Source of the DNA: an uncultured Verrucomicrobiae bacterium
GTDB taxonomy: Bacteria > Verrucomicrobiota > Verrucomicrobiia > Chthoniobacterales > UBA10450
NCBI GenBank assembly: GCA_963735805.1
Contig: CAVTMK010000004.1
Location: forward strand, 96,001 to 160,000
Length of the DNA: 64,000 nt
Direction of reading: 5' to 3'
The notes beneath the pieces are model-generated. The model did no database searches, was not told the DNA's origin, and was given only the letters and a program-made list of their open reading frames with translations. Made by a program: the position numbers and the translations under genes. This document shows positions 20,235 through 30,103 of this stretch, one piece after another; within the stretch, counting starts at the first letter, position 1; the number at the start of each line of letters is the position of its first letter.

Positions 20235-22352
20235 GTGAGTCCGAGCACCGTGTTTGCTTTAATCGCCGGTATGTTTAGCGCTGCACTGGCAGCAGCTGCA
20301 GCCTGTCGAAAACAGCGTTCGCTTGCAACTGGGTGTTTCGCCGCTGGGATGCTGATTTTTGCCTTGGAAAGTCTGTTCGGCGCAATAGGAAACGAGGCGC
20401 TCTTTCCTGAGCGGGCAGTCTTTTGGGAGACACTCTCCCTAATCGCAAAATCGTTCCTCCCTGGTGTTTGGTTAACTTTTAGTCTCACGTATTCCAGAGC
20501 GAACTACCGGGATTTCCTCGTCCGATCTCGGTGGCTTGTTATCGGAGCTTTTTTGATTCCGATGCTGTCGCTGGCGGCTGTGTACAGGCCTTTCTTCTTC
20601 GTCGTCACTTACAATCCGCCCGTCGACGGATGGGGACTCAGGCTTAGTGAACCGGCAAAAATTTTGAACGTCCTGATTCTCGTTTCAACAGTATTAATTC
20701 TGACGAACATCGAGCGCACGTTCCGAGCTGCTGTGGGAACGATGCGCTGGCGAATTAAATTCTTGGTTTTGGGACTTGGGGTGGTCTTTGGTGCTCGCAT
20801 TTATACTCAATCTCAAGCCGTGCTTTTCTCGGAATACAACCCAAGCCAATTTAATGTCGAAACGATTGCTCTTCTTATCGGGTGTGCGCTCATCGCCGTT
20901 GCTTATGTCCGGAGCGGATTCAGCGAAATTGATGTTTATCCGTCACGTGCCGTCTTGCATACCTCGGCTACCGTCTTATTAACCGGCGTATACCTTTTCA
21001 TTGTCGGCGTATTGGCTCAAATCGTCGCTCGCTTTGGTGGTGGCGCCAGTTTTCCAATCGCGGCCTTTGTTGTTCTTCTTGGCGTCGTTGTCCTAGGCGT
21101 ACTGCTTCTCTCGGATCGAGCTCGGCAAAGTCTGCAGTTGTTTGTGAGCCGCCATTTTAAGAGACCGCAGCATGACTTCCGTCAAATTTGGGCGCGATTC
21201 ACTCAGAGCCTGTCGGTCGCCCTGGATGAGACTACGCTTGGCGCTATCGCGTCGCGGGCGATCTCAGAAACGTTTGGAGCCCTGTCGGTCTCGACTTGGC
21301 TTCTCGACGAACGGCGAGAGCGGCTGATTCGGATAAGCTCAACTGCGGATGGAGAACAAGTGCAGAACGCGCCTTTGACCAGCTCGATAACGGGAGAAGA
21401 GCTCAGATCAGCTGAGTTAGACAAGTCGTCACGGCCTTTCAATCTCGGAAGAGCAAAGGAAAAGTGGGAACGAGACCTCATGGCAAAAATCACCGGCCAA
21501 TTCCGCAGTGGAGGCAGCCCGATTTGCGTTCCGCTAGTTGGAGGAGAGCATTGGCTCGGAGTGATCATCCTCGCAGACCGGGTTAGAGGTCTCGGTTACT
21601 CGGCGGAGGAGATGGACCTGTTAAAATGCATTGGCGACCAAGTAGCGGCAAGCCTGCTGAAGCTCCGACTTACCGAAGAGATCTTGGCAAGAAAAGAGCT
21701 GGAGGCGTTTCAAACCATGTCCGCATTCTTGATTCATGACCTGAAGAACGCAGCCTCAACTCTGGGCCTAATGCTGAAGAATTTGCCCACACACTTCGAC
21801 AAGCCCGCTTTCCGGGAGGACGCACTGCGCGGAATCGGGAGTGCAGCCAACCGGATCAACGATCTTATCAACCGCATGAATGCCATGCGCCACGAGTTGC
21901 GGCTTGAGCCGGTCGAGTTAGACCTCAATCTAGTTGTCACGGAAGCTCTCGCGAACTTGAATGGAACACTCGCCACCAAGCTAGTGACCAAGTTCGATCA
22001 GGTCCCCAAGATATCGGCTGATCGACAGCAATTGCACAGCGTATTTACGAACCTCCTTCTCAACGCGCGTGATGCCGTCGGAACGGATGGCCGGATCACC
22101 GTGGAGACAACCCTGCAGGGTGACTGGGTAGCTTTATCCGTAAGTGACAACGGATGCGGAATGACTGAGCACTTTATCAAGAATTCTCTTTTCAGGCCGT
22201 TCCGCTCAACAAAGAAAAAAGGACTGGGCATTGGTATGTTCCAATCCAAGACAATTGTCGAAGCCCATCACGGGAAGATTCACGTAGAAAGCGACCTCGG
22301 TATTGGCACAACTTTCCGTGTGATGTTGCCTCTGAAGTGTAAAACAGCATGA
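20235..22352 (+). CDS. prsK: PEP-CTERM system histidine kinase
   Basis: N-terminal TM bundle, GAF, H-box AFLIHDLKN, G-boxes DNGCG and GLGIG; paired with a sigma-54 regulator. Confidence 0.88.
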   Translation: MSPSTVFALIAGMFSAALAAAAACRKQRSLATGCFAAGMLIFALESLFGAIGNEALFPERAVFWETLSLIAKSFLPGVWLTFSLTYSRANYRDFLVRSRWLVIGAFLIPMLSLAAVYRPFFFVVTYNPPVDGWGLRLSEPAKILNVLILVSTVLILTNIERTFRAAVGTMRWRIKFLVLGLGVVFGARIYTQSQAVLFSEYNPSQFNVETIALLIGCALIAVAYVRSGFSEIDVYPSRAVLHTSATVLLTGVYLFIVGVLAQIVARFGGGASFPIAAFVVLLGVVVLGVLLLSDRARQSLQLFVSRHFKRPQHDFRQIWARFTQSLSVALDETTLGAIASRAISETFGALSVSTWLLDERRERLIRISSTADGEQVQNAPLTSSITGEELRSAELDKSSRPFNLGRAKEKWERDLMAKITGQFRSGGSPICVPLVGGEHWLGVIILADRVRGLGYSAEEMDLLKCIGDQVAASLLKLRLTEEILARKELEAFQTMSAFLIHDLKNAASTLGLMLKNLPTHFDKPAFREDALRGIGSAANRINDLINRMNAMRHELRLEPVELDLNLVVTEALANLNGTLATKLVTKFDQVPKISADRQQLHSVFTNLLLNARDAVGTDGRITVETTLQGDWVALSVSDNGCGMTEHFIKNSLFRPFRSTKKKGLGIGMFQSKTIVEAHHGKIHVESDLGIGTTFRVMLPLKCKTA

Positions 22353-23731
22353 AACCGAAAATACTCATTGTGGATGACGACGAAGCCATCCGAACGCAGA
22401 TGAAATGGGCGCTGAGCGAACATTACGAAGTCCATTTCGCCGAAGATCGGAAAGCAGCGGGCGAAGCCTTTGAGGCTCACTCGCCGGCGGTAACCTTGCT
22501 TGATCTCGGTCTACCACCTCGACCTAACGACTGTGACGAAGGCTTCGCGGTGTTAACCGATATACTCGCAATCGATAACACGGCCAAGGTCATCATCATT
22601 TCCGGACAAGGTGAAAAGCAGAATGCAATAGAGGCAGTCGGAGCGGGCGCCTATGATTTTTTATGCAAGCCAGTTGAGATGGAAGAACTAAGGATCCTTC
22701 TGCAGCGCTGCATCCACGTAGTGGAACTCGAAAAAGAATACCACAGGTTACAACAAAGCCAGCGTTCCGATGTCTTTGAAGACATGCTAGGAACAAGTCC
22801 GCAAATGCAGGCAGTCTTTGCTTTCATTCGGAAGGTGGCCGCCACAAACGCTCCAGTGCTTTTGCTGGGAGAAAGTGGTACTGGGAAGGAGATGGCAGCA
22901 GCAGCTATCCATCGGCGCAGCACGCGCAAGGAAGGCCCATTTATCGCCATCAATTGCAACGCTATTCCCGAAAATCTTCTGGAGAGCGAACTATTCGGCC
23001 ATGAAAAAGGCTCCTTCACTGGCGCTCACGTTCAGCGCAAGGGGCTGTTGGAGACAGCGAGCGGCGGCACCCTTTTTCTGGATGAAATTGGTGAGCTTCC
23101 CCCTGCTATTCAGGTCAAGCTTCTCCGGTTTCTGCAGGAGCAGCGCTTACAGCGGGTGGGTGGGAGGCAGGAGATTCAGGTCGATACCCGCCTTGTCGCC
23201 GCGACTAACGCCGATCTAAAGGAGCTGATTAAAAGCGGGAAATTTCGCGAGGATTTGTATTTTCGAATTGCCGTCGTCACCATTCGTCTTTTGCCGCTTC
23301 GTGAACGCGGAGAGGACGTCGTGTTCCTGGCGCGCGAGTTTCTGCAAAGGTATGCTAATCAAAATGGGCGACCGAAGGTGGTCTTCGCCCCCGAGGCATT
23401 GCGCGCAATGAGTCGTTATTCGTGGCCTGGAAATGTCCGCGAACTTCAAAACCGGGTGAAGCGGGGCGTCATTATGGCGAGCGGATCCCGGGTAACCGCA
23501 AAGGATCTCGAATTGGAGCGGGACCAGGTGAGCGTGACGTCCTCCTCGGCAACTACACTCAGACAAGCGCGCGAACATGTCGAACGTGAAATGGTTGAGC
23601 AGGCGCTTAAGAGAAACTCCGGCAAAATCACTTCCGCAGCTGCTGATCTCGGCATCAGCCGACCGACTCTTTACGAATTAATGGACAAACTTGGTATTGC
23701 GAAAGAGCGCGCGGTCACAAACATCGGCTAA
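22349..23731 (+). CDS. prsR: PEP-CTERM-box sigma-54-dependent response regulator
   Basis: REC (LLDLGLPP), GESGTGKE, ESELFGHEKGSFTGA (GAFTGA variant), LFLDEIGE, Fis HTH LGISRPTLY. Confidence 0.9.
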   Translation: MKPKILIVDDDEAIRTQMKWALSEHYEVHFAEDRKAAGEAFEAHSPAVTLLDLGLPPRPNDCDEGFAVLTDILAIDNTAKVIIISGQGEKQNAIEAVGAGAYDFLCKPVEMEELRILLQRCIHVVELEKEYHRLQQSQRSDVFEDMLGTSPQMQAVFAFIRKVAATNAPVLLLGESGTGKEMAAAAIHRRSTRKEGPFIAINCNAIPENLLESELFGHEKGSFTGAHVQRKGLLETASGGTLFLDEIGELPPAIQVKLLRFLQEQRLQRVGGRQEIQVDTRLVAATNADLKELIKSGKFREDLYFRIAVVTIRLLPLRERGEDVVFLAREFLQRYANQNGRPKVVFAPEALRAMSRYSWPGNVRELQNRVKRGVIMASGSRVTAKDLELERDQVSVTSSSATTLRQAREHVEREMVEQALKRNSGKITSAAADLGISRPTLYELMDKLGIAKERAVTNIG

Positions 23732-23750
23732 CATTAAAACCGTTTATCAC

Positions 23751-26700
23751 ATGCAAAGATCGAAAACCCTACTCAGGATCGGAGTGGTTGCTCTAGCGGC
23801 TATTCTCATCACCGCGTGCTCCAAACAAGCCACGAAGACACGGTATCTCGCAGAGGCGGACAATTATTTTAAAGCCGGCGACTATGACAAAGCAAAAGTA
23901 AGTTACCTCAACGTGGTTCGCCTGGATCCGCAAAATGCGCTCGCATTCGAAAGAATCGGAGTAATATGGTCGGAAGAAGGAGCTCCTCTTCGCGCGGCGG
24001 AGTTTCTGGCGAGGGCAAGCACGCTCGACCCGAACAATGCCGAAAATAATCTAAGACTCGCCCGTTCATATCTGGCATTGGGACGAGCTGCCGACGCAAG
24101 AAAGGAAGCACTTAAAGTCCTCGAAGTAATCCCCGATAGCGGCGACGCCCTTATCGCTTTGGCAGAGGCTGCACAAACCAAAGAAGACATCGAGGAGGCC
24201 GGGCAACGGCTGCAGAAATTTCCTTACAAGGACAGCCTTTCTTTCTACCTCGCTTCAGCGAATCTGTTTCTCCGCCAAGGCGATCTGTCTGCTGGGGAAG
24301 ATGCGCTTCGACAGGCCATCGCTAAAGATCCGAAATCGGCCGCTGCGCACATGACAATGGCAGATTTTTATCTCTTCAAGAAAGATCAGAAACAAGCAGG
24401 CGAAGAATTCAAGAAAGCGGCGGAGCTTGCACCTGTTCGTTCTATGGAGCGCTTGAAATATGCCGCGTTCATGTCTGCCGTCGGTGATACTGAAGAAACG
24501 AGGCGAATTTCAACTGAGATGACCAAGCAGGCGCCCGATTATCTGCCAGGCTGGACCTTACTGGCCGAACTCGCCCTCAAAGACAAAAAATACGACCAGG
24601 CGCAGTCCCTTCTTGAAAATGTTTTTAGCCGCGACCCGGAATACATCGATGGCCGCAGGCTGGAAAGCCAGGTACTGCTGGCAAAGGGCGACACGAAAAA
24701 AGCGGTCGAAATCTTGGAGCGGCTGGACCAAAACTATCCGAACTCTCCTCTTATCAAATACGAATTAGCGCGTGCATATCTAGGGAACAATAACATGAAC
24801 CAGGCAAAGGTGGTGTTAGATCAAGCCATCTCACTCAATCCGAACTATACGGACGCCATTCTGCTACTTGCCGACATCAATCTTCGCTCTGGTCATGGCG
24901 ATGCAGTCATCGAGCCGATGACGATTTTGTTGAAGAGAAATCCCGAATTTAAGCCTGCCGCATTGCTCTTGGCTGCCGCGTATGGCTCGCTTGATAGGTT
25001 CGACGATGCCGCTGTGGTTGTAAGTGAGGAGGCAAAGCTTGCTCCTCGCGACCCACAGGCCCAGATGGCGCTTGGACTTACATTGCGCCAAGCCAAGAGA
25101 AATGACGAAGCCCGCCAGGCGTTTGAAAAAGCCGCGGAGCTTGCGCCGGACAGTTTGTGGCCAGTCGAGCAACTTGTGGAACTGGATTTGCTGGATAAGC
25201 ATTTTGATGCCGCGCGGCAGAGGATACGGCGTCAGTTCGAAAAGACGCCTGATACAGCAGCCGCCCACTTTTTCGAAGGCAAAATCCTTGCGACGGAAGA
25301 GAAATGGGATTCAGCAGAGAAAGAGCTTCAAAAAACGCTGCAGCTCGATCCAAATTTTTCCAACGCATACGAGCTGCTTGTTCAGGCTTATATTGCGACC
25401 AACAAACTTCCCCTGGCGCTCAGCCAATTGCAGACGCACCTCTCGCAGGATCCGAATGATTCGTCAGCGTTGATGACGTTGGCGCTCCTGTACGAGCGGA
25501 CCAACGATTTCGTAAAAGCACGCGATGCCTACCAGCGGCTCCTCGGGATCAACCCTGACTCGGTTTCCGCATTGAATAATCTCGCTTGCCTGTATGCCGA
25601 TCGGCTAAACGATCTAGGCAAAGCTTATGACCTGGCGCGCAAGGCCCGCGATCTGCAAAGAAACGACCCTGCAATAACCGACACGTTTGGCTGGATTCTG
25701 TCCAAGCGCGGCGAATATCAACAAGCTCTGCCAATTCTGCAGGAGAGCGCTGCAAAACTGCCCGATAGTCCAGAGGTACAGTTTCACCTGGGCATGACGG
25801 CCTACATGATGGGACAGACGGACCTGGCTCGGGTTGCGCTCCAGAAAGCGGCGAATGCAACCAAGAATTTCGAAGGCAAAGAGGAAAGCAAACGTCGGCT
25901 TGCTCTGCTCAAGAGTAATCCCGGCGCCGCTCCAGAATTGTCGCTCCCACAGCTCGAAGCAATGGTAAAAGAGCAGCCTAATGATGCCATCTCCCAGATG
26001 CGTCTGGGAAACGCTTATGAAAAACAAGGTACACCGGACAAGGCGGCCACCGCTTTCGAGCACGCCCTGAAATCAAATCCGGCATTGGCCGCGGCGGTAA
26101 CCAAGCTTGCGCAACTCTATGCCGGGCCGCTCCAAAATAAAGAGAAGGCTTTTGCTTACGCAAAAAAAGCGCGCGAGCTCATGCCAGATGATCCCCAGGT
26201 TGCCGGTACTCTCGGAAAGGTCGCCTATCAGACCGGCAATTTTACCTGGTCCTATAGTCTTCTTCAAGAAGCAGCGCGGCAGCGCGAAAACGATCCGTCA
26301 GTTCTTTATGATCTGGCTTGGGCCGCTTACACCTTGGGAAAAATCGATGAAGCTCGAGAGATAATGCAAAAAGCCGTGGCGATGGGCGCCAACTTCCCGG
26401 GGGCTGCCGATGCCAGAAGATTTCTATCGCTAACGGCGCTTGATGAAAATCCAAAGGAGCTTGTGGCCGCCGAGAACGAAATTCAAAAAGAATTGCAAAC
26501 TGATTCTCAGTATCTGCCAGCCTGCATGGCGCAGGCTGCGCTCGCCGAACAGCGCGGTCAGATAAAGTCGGCGGTCAAGATATATACAGATATCCTTCGC
26601 CGATCACCGGATTTCGTGCCCGCGCAAAAGCGTCTGGCTACGCTGTATGCTCAAGAACCATCCGCGACTGGTGCGGCCTACGATCTGGCCACGAAGGCGC

Positions 26701-26975
26701 GCAAAGCGTTGCCGGACGACGCCGAACTTGCCGAGCTTTTGGGGCAATTGAGCTATGAAAAAAAGGAATACCAGCGTGCAATCCAATTACTACAGGAAAG
26801 CGCCAGGAAAAGAACGCTCAACGCTAATTCTCTTTTCTATCTTGGAATGTCTCAGCTGCAAATCAGACAAAACGCTGAAGCACAAGGAGTCCTTAACCAA
26901 GCTTTGCTCGCCGGTCTTCAAGAACCTCTTGCGACTCAAGCAAGACAAGCCCTGGCTCATGCCGGTGGGGAATAG
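23751..26975 (+). CDS. TPR-repeat lipoprotein, PrsT-like
   Basis: Lipobox ILITAC; many TPR repeats; ALNNLA and DTFGW motifs; directly after prsR. Confidence 0.85.
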   Translation: MQRSKTLLRIGVVALAAILITACSKQATKTRYLAEADNYFKAGDYDKAKVSYLNVVRLDPQNALAFERIGVIWSEEGAPLRAAEFLARASTLDPNNAENNLRLARSYLALGRAADARKEALKVLEVIPDSGDALIALAEAAQTKEDIEEAGQRLQKFPYKDSLSFYLASANLFLRQGDLSAGEDALRQAIAKDPKSAAAHMTMADFYLFKKDQKQAGEEFKKAAELAPVRSMERLKYAAFMSAVGDTEETRRISTEMTKQAPDYLPGWTLLAELALKDKKYDQAQSLLENVFSRDPEYIDGRRLESQVLLAKGDTKKAVEILERLDQNYPNSPLIKYELARAYLGNNNMNQAKVVLDQAISLNPNYTDAILLLADINLRSGHGDAVIEPMTILLKRNPEFKPAALLLAAAYGSLDRFDDAAVVVSEEAKLAPRDPQAQMALGLTLRQAKRNDEARQAFEKAAELAPDSLWPVEQLVELDLLDKHFDAARQRIRRQFEKTPDTAAAHFFEGKILATEEKWDSAEKELQKTLQLDPNFSNAYELLVQAYIATNKLPLALSQLQTHLSQDPNDSSALMTLALLYERTNDFVKARDAYQRLLGINPDSVSALNNLACLYADRLNDLGKAYDLARKARDLQRNDPAITDTFGWILSKRGEYQQALPILQESAAKLPDSPEVQFHLGMTAYMMGQTDLARVALQKAANATKNFEGKEESKRRLALLKSNPGAAPELSLPQLEAMVKEQPNDAISQMRLGNAYEKQGTPDKAATAFEHALKSNPALAAAVTKLAQLYAGPLQNKEKAFAYAKKARELMPDDPQVAGTLGKVAYQTGNFTWSYSLLQEAARQRENDPSVLYDLAWAAYTLGKIDEAREIMQKAVAMGANFPGAADARRFLSLTALDENPKELVAAENEIQKELQTDSQYLPACMAQAALAEQRGQIKSAVKIYTDILRRSPDFVPAQKRLATLYAQEPSATGAAYDLATKARKALPDDAELAELLGQLSYEKKEYQRAIQLLQESARKRTLNANSLFYLGMSQLQIRQNAEAQGVLNQALLAGLQEPLATQARQALAHAGGE

Positions 26976-27160
26976 CCCAACCGGATTCCGTGCCACAGTT
27001 AATCTGTTAAGGGAAGCTTGGTCCCAGCCTACAGATGCGAAGGTTCGTGGCGTTTTTGGAGCCCAGTCCGTCGATAATCGGTACGTTTTTCCGGTGGTGC
27101 AATGTAATTCACTCCACTATAGACGGTTACGGCGATTGTATTCTTGCACGTAAGCGGAAT

Positions 27161-27178
27161 TGTCGGAATGATTTACGA
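27161..27178 (+). promoter_or_regulatory. Putative PrsR enhancer box
   Basis: tgtcggaatgatttacga, 97 bp upstream of a sigma-54 site. Confidence 0.7.
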
Positions 27179-27274
27179 TTTAGCATCGACGCACATATTC
27201 TCGACGATTATGGCGTATTTGTTAACAGTCTAATGTTTAGGATGTTACGGATTTATAAGTCGATCGGCTCACCT

Positions 27275-27290
27275 TGGCATGAGCTTTGCT
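27275..27290 (+). promoter_or_regulatory. Sigma-54 promoter
   Basis: TGGCAT-GAGCT-TTGCT, canonical GG/GC spacing. Confidence 0.8.
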
Positions 27291-27322
27291 TTACCTATGG
27301 CAAACCCAAAAATTCGAAATAT

Positions 27323-27907
27323 ATGAAAATAAAGATGATTCCCGTAAACAAGCTTGCGCTGCTCGCTGTGGCTCTTGGTGCCGCGATGCTGGCCTTCACT
27401 CCCAAAGCCAACGCTCTCACTCTGGCATTCAATGACCAGTATGTCGTTGGCACCATGCAATTCACGCCGGGCAACCCCGCTGACCCTGCCAGCCTGCAAG
27501 GTTACGTCAACTATATGATCACCTTGGCCCCGGGCGGGACAGGTACTTTCTCGGGCATGCCTTTTACTCGCTCAAATAACGTGTTCGCCAACTTGCCTAA
27601 TGCCGTATTTCTAAACAATGGGCATGATACGGGTACCACCACCACTGTAGATCTGGGTGCCGGCGGCGTATATACATACCTCTTTGCCAAATATGACGGT
27701 CAAAACGATATTTCTCAGGTTTGGTATGTGGGGAATTTGAGTGGGATAATCACGATTCCTCTCAATGGTCCGCTAGGCCATGCCCTTTCCGGGTGGACAC
27801 TCTTTGGCCCGGGCACCCCAGGGGTGCCGGATGGTGGCACAACAGTGATGTTGCTGGGCACAGCTCTCGGCGCTCTTGGCACGGTGCGACGGTTCTTAAA
27901 GATTTAG
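27323..27907 (+). CDS. VPDSG-CTERM sorting domain protein
   Basis: Signal peptide (..PKANA); C-terminus VPDGGTTVMLLGTALGALGTVRRFLKI. Confidence 0.9.
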   Translation: MKIKMIPVNKLALLAVALGAAMLAFTPKANALTLAFNDQYVVGTMQFTPGNPADPASLQGYVNYMITLAPGGTGTFSGMPFTRSNNVFANLPNAVFLNNGHDTGTTTTVDLGAGGVYTYLFAKYDGQNDISQVWYVGNLSGIITIPLNGPLGHALSGWTLFGPGTPGVPDGGTTVMLLGTALGALGTVRRFLKI

Positions 27908-27946
27908 CTGGTTAAGGCTCGAATCCCCACGAGTCCAAGATGATTG

Positions 27947-27980
27947 AACCGGGCAGGGTAAAACCTGCCCGGTTTTTTTT
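27947..27980 (+). terminator. Rho-independent terminator
   Basis: aaccgggcagg-gtaaaa-cctgcccggtt followed by a T-run. Confidence 0.85.
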
Positions 27981-28151
27981 GCTGAATAGCCAGAAACGGA
28001 ACGTGCAGGCCCACTTTAGACTACCATGTTCTGCTAGCATTTCTTCTGGCCGGCATGCCATCAGCCAATTAGCACAGAGGAAATCATGTTAATACTTTTG
28101 GGTGGCCTCACCCCACTTTGGCCTGATCGACATCGACAATGGCCATCTACG

Positions 28152-28296
28152 TTTCGGAATGTTTTTCAATCGTCGGAAATCCAGACAGATGTCGGAAATC
28201 ATTACATTCACCAACTCCGCCCGGTAATATCTTCACTGCGTGGTTCTTCGGCTGTATCCTACCGGACTGGCGTCGACTCGTCGGAATATTTTACGA
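28152..28296 (+). promoter_or_regulatory. Array of putative PrsR boxes
   Basis: Degenerate copies at 28152, 28171 and 28190 (19-bp period) plus a full copy cgtcggaatattttacga at 28279-28296. Confidence 0.7.
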
Positions 28297-28394
28297 TCTC
28301 CTCAGGGTACCGACCACAAATATCCAAGAATTCTATTATCGTAAGTTATTACTGCATAGCTAATTACGAGGATTCAACAACAGTTCATTTCTAT

Positions 28395-28410
28395 TGGCAT
28401 AGGGCTTGCT
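28395..28410 (+). promoter_or_regulatory. Sigma-54 promoter
   Basis: TGGCAT-AGGGC-TTGCT, 99 bp after the box. Confidence 0.8.
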
Positions 28411-28425
28411 ATTTTATATTACGAC

Positions 28426-28830
28426 ATGAAAATTAACATTATTCCTACAAGGAAGCTCGCACTGCTTTGCACGGCTATAGCTGGCGCATTGTTTACGTTC
28501 AGCCAGAGTGCGAACGCCCTTGCCCTTCAAAGCGGCGACTCTCACGAACTTGGCTTGGCCAATAGTGATAGATCAAATTACGCCAATCATTTGATTGCTA
28601 TGCTCAACGATTTTAACCGAACGCCCCAAGCTGCGCTAGCTGAGCGAGTGAACAATGGAGACGCGGGGGGTGTCGTGAGGAAAGTCATGACGATCCGTCA
28701 GCCGGCGACCCCAATCATAGGCAAAGTCCCCCCAGGCGGAACAGCGGTTCCGGATGGTGGAACGACAGCCATTTTGCTCGGTGCGGCCCTCAGTGCACTC
28801 GGTATTGCCCGGCGCTTTCTGCTGAGCTAG
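28426..28830 (+). CDS. VPDSG-CTERM sorting domain protein (short)
   Basis: Signal peptide similar to 27323; C-terminus VPDGGTTAILLGAALSALGIARRFLLS. Confidence 0.88.
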   Translation: MKINIIPTRKLALLCTAIAGALFTFSQSANALALQSGDSHELGLANSDRSNYANHLIAMLNDFNRTPQAALAERVNNGDAGGVVRKVMTIRQPATPIIGKVPPGGTAVPDGGTTAILLGAALSALGIARRFLLS

Positions 28831-29085
28831 GCGATCTGAGAAGCTTTCCAAACACAGAGTGTTGTACCTTGGAAGACGCAAGGTACCGCTGGAGCGCTTG
28901 TTATGGTCGGTGCTGGAATCCTCCGAATTTTCAGGCGCCGTTTTTTGGCTTCAATCACAGGCACGCTGCGAAAGCCTTTCGCCTTCGTTGATTGAGATTT
29001 TGTCGTAACATCCAACAGATGTGATGTTTTCATCGGGCCGCACCCGAGGATTGGCTGTTCGCCTGAAGCGATGACCCCGAAAATT

Positions 29086-29103
29086 CGACGGAAAACTTTA
29101 CGA
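29086..29103 (+). promoter_or_regulatory. Putative PrsR box upstream of the antiterminator gene
   Basis: cgacggaaaactttacga followed by ttttccggaact, similar to 1133-1160. Confidence 0.45.
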
Positions 29104-29143
29104 TTTTCCGGAACTTGGAATCGGCAATTCCGTAGTTCGGAGT

Positions 29144-29677
29144 GTGACCCAATCATCTGCCACGCTGGCGTTCCACCCAGAACCGGTATGGTTTTGTCTA
29201 ATGACGCAGCCAAAGCGTGAGCATTTGGCCGCGACCGCACTGCGGCGTCAGTTTGGCGTCGAGTGTTTCTCACCTCGATTGCGCTTCCGAAAGATGACCC
29301 AAAGGGGACCGGTTTGGTTCGTAGAAGCCATGTTTCCTGGGTACCTCTTCGCAAAATTTGTTTATTCGACCCAACATCGCGCCGTTGAAAGTTCTCATGG
29401 GATTCGAGGGATCGTCCATTTTGGAGATAGGTTGGCGACCTTACCCGAAAACATTGTGTCTGCGCTGCAATCGAGAGTCGGATCGGAAGAGATTGTGACC
29501 GTCGATTGTTCCGTCAAAGTCGGCCAATCGGTTCAGATCATCCATGGCCCATTTCAAGGGTTAGAAGTCGTGGTCAGTCATTTACTTCCAGCAAAAGAAA
29601 GGATCCGCGTCCTTTTTGATTTTGTTGGGCGGTCCGTGGAAATGGAAGTCTCGACGCTAAACGTCCTCGCGGCGTAA
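29144..29677 (+). CDS. NusG-paralog transcription antiterminator (RfaH/UpxY-like)
   Basis: NGN domain WFCLMTQPKRE...AMFPGYLF...GIVHFG; KOW domain VGQSVQIIHGPFQGLE. Confidence 0.88.
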   Translation: MTQSSATLAFHPEPVWFCLMTQPKREHLAATALRRQFGVECFSPRLRFRKMTQRGPVWFVEAMFPGYLFAKFVYSTQHRAVESSHGIRGIVHFGDRLATLPENIVSALQSRVGSEEIVTVDCSVKVGQSVQIIHGPFQGLEVVVSHLLPAKERIRVLFDFVGRSVEMEVSTLNVLAA

Positions 29678-29818
29678 GGCTGACCTGCAAGTCACCTTGG
29701 TCCGCTCGCCCTAAAACATGATTCGCTATACGCAATGCGGAGGTGAATTGCTCCTTTCGGCAAACTGTCTGGCTCGCTTTCGAGCACGCGTGGGTCCGGC
29801 GTGAATTTATGGTGCAAC

Positions 29819-29857
29819 TCGCCGCGGCAGACGTCTCTGCGTGGACATCCGCGGCGA
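29819..29857. terminator. Inverted repeat between convergent RfaH-like gene and tRNA-Val
   Basis: tcgccgcgg ... ccgcggcga, perfect 9-bp stem. Confidence 0.45.
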
Positions 29858-29862
29858 TTTAA

Positions 29863-29937
<75 letters not shown>

Positions 29938-30103
29938 GTTTGGATCCAGCAGTGATAACTGATCGGGGACCAAAGACGAGTCAAGCGAGATATCGGCGGT
30001 CGCAATTAGCGGTTGCAGCAAAATTCTCGCCGCAAATCCTATCATTTGTTCTGCTACTTCGTGACTGGACAACGTCGATGTGCAAGACGACTGTTCGCGT
30101 CTC

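Noticed and set aside
27035..27322. N-terminal extension of the VPDSG protein in the ORF track
   Set aside because: It overlaps the enhancer and sigma-54 promoter; the signal peptide begins at ATG 27323
28086..28436. 116-aa ORF between the VPDSG genes
   Set aside because: No protein-like features; it coincides with the regulatory box array
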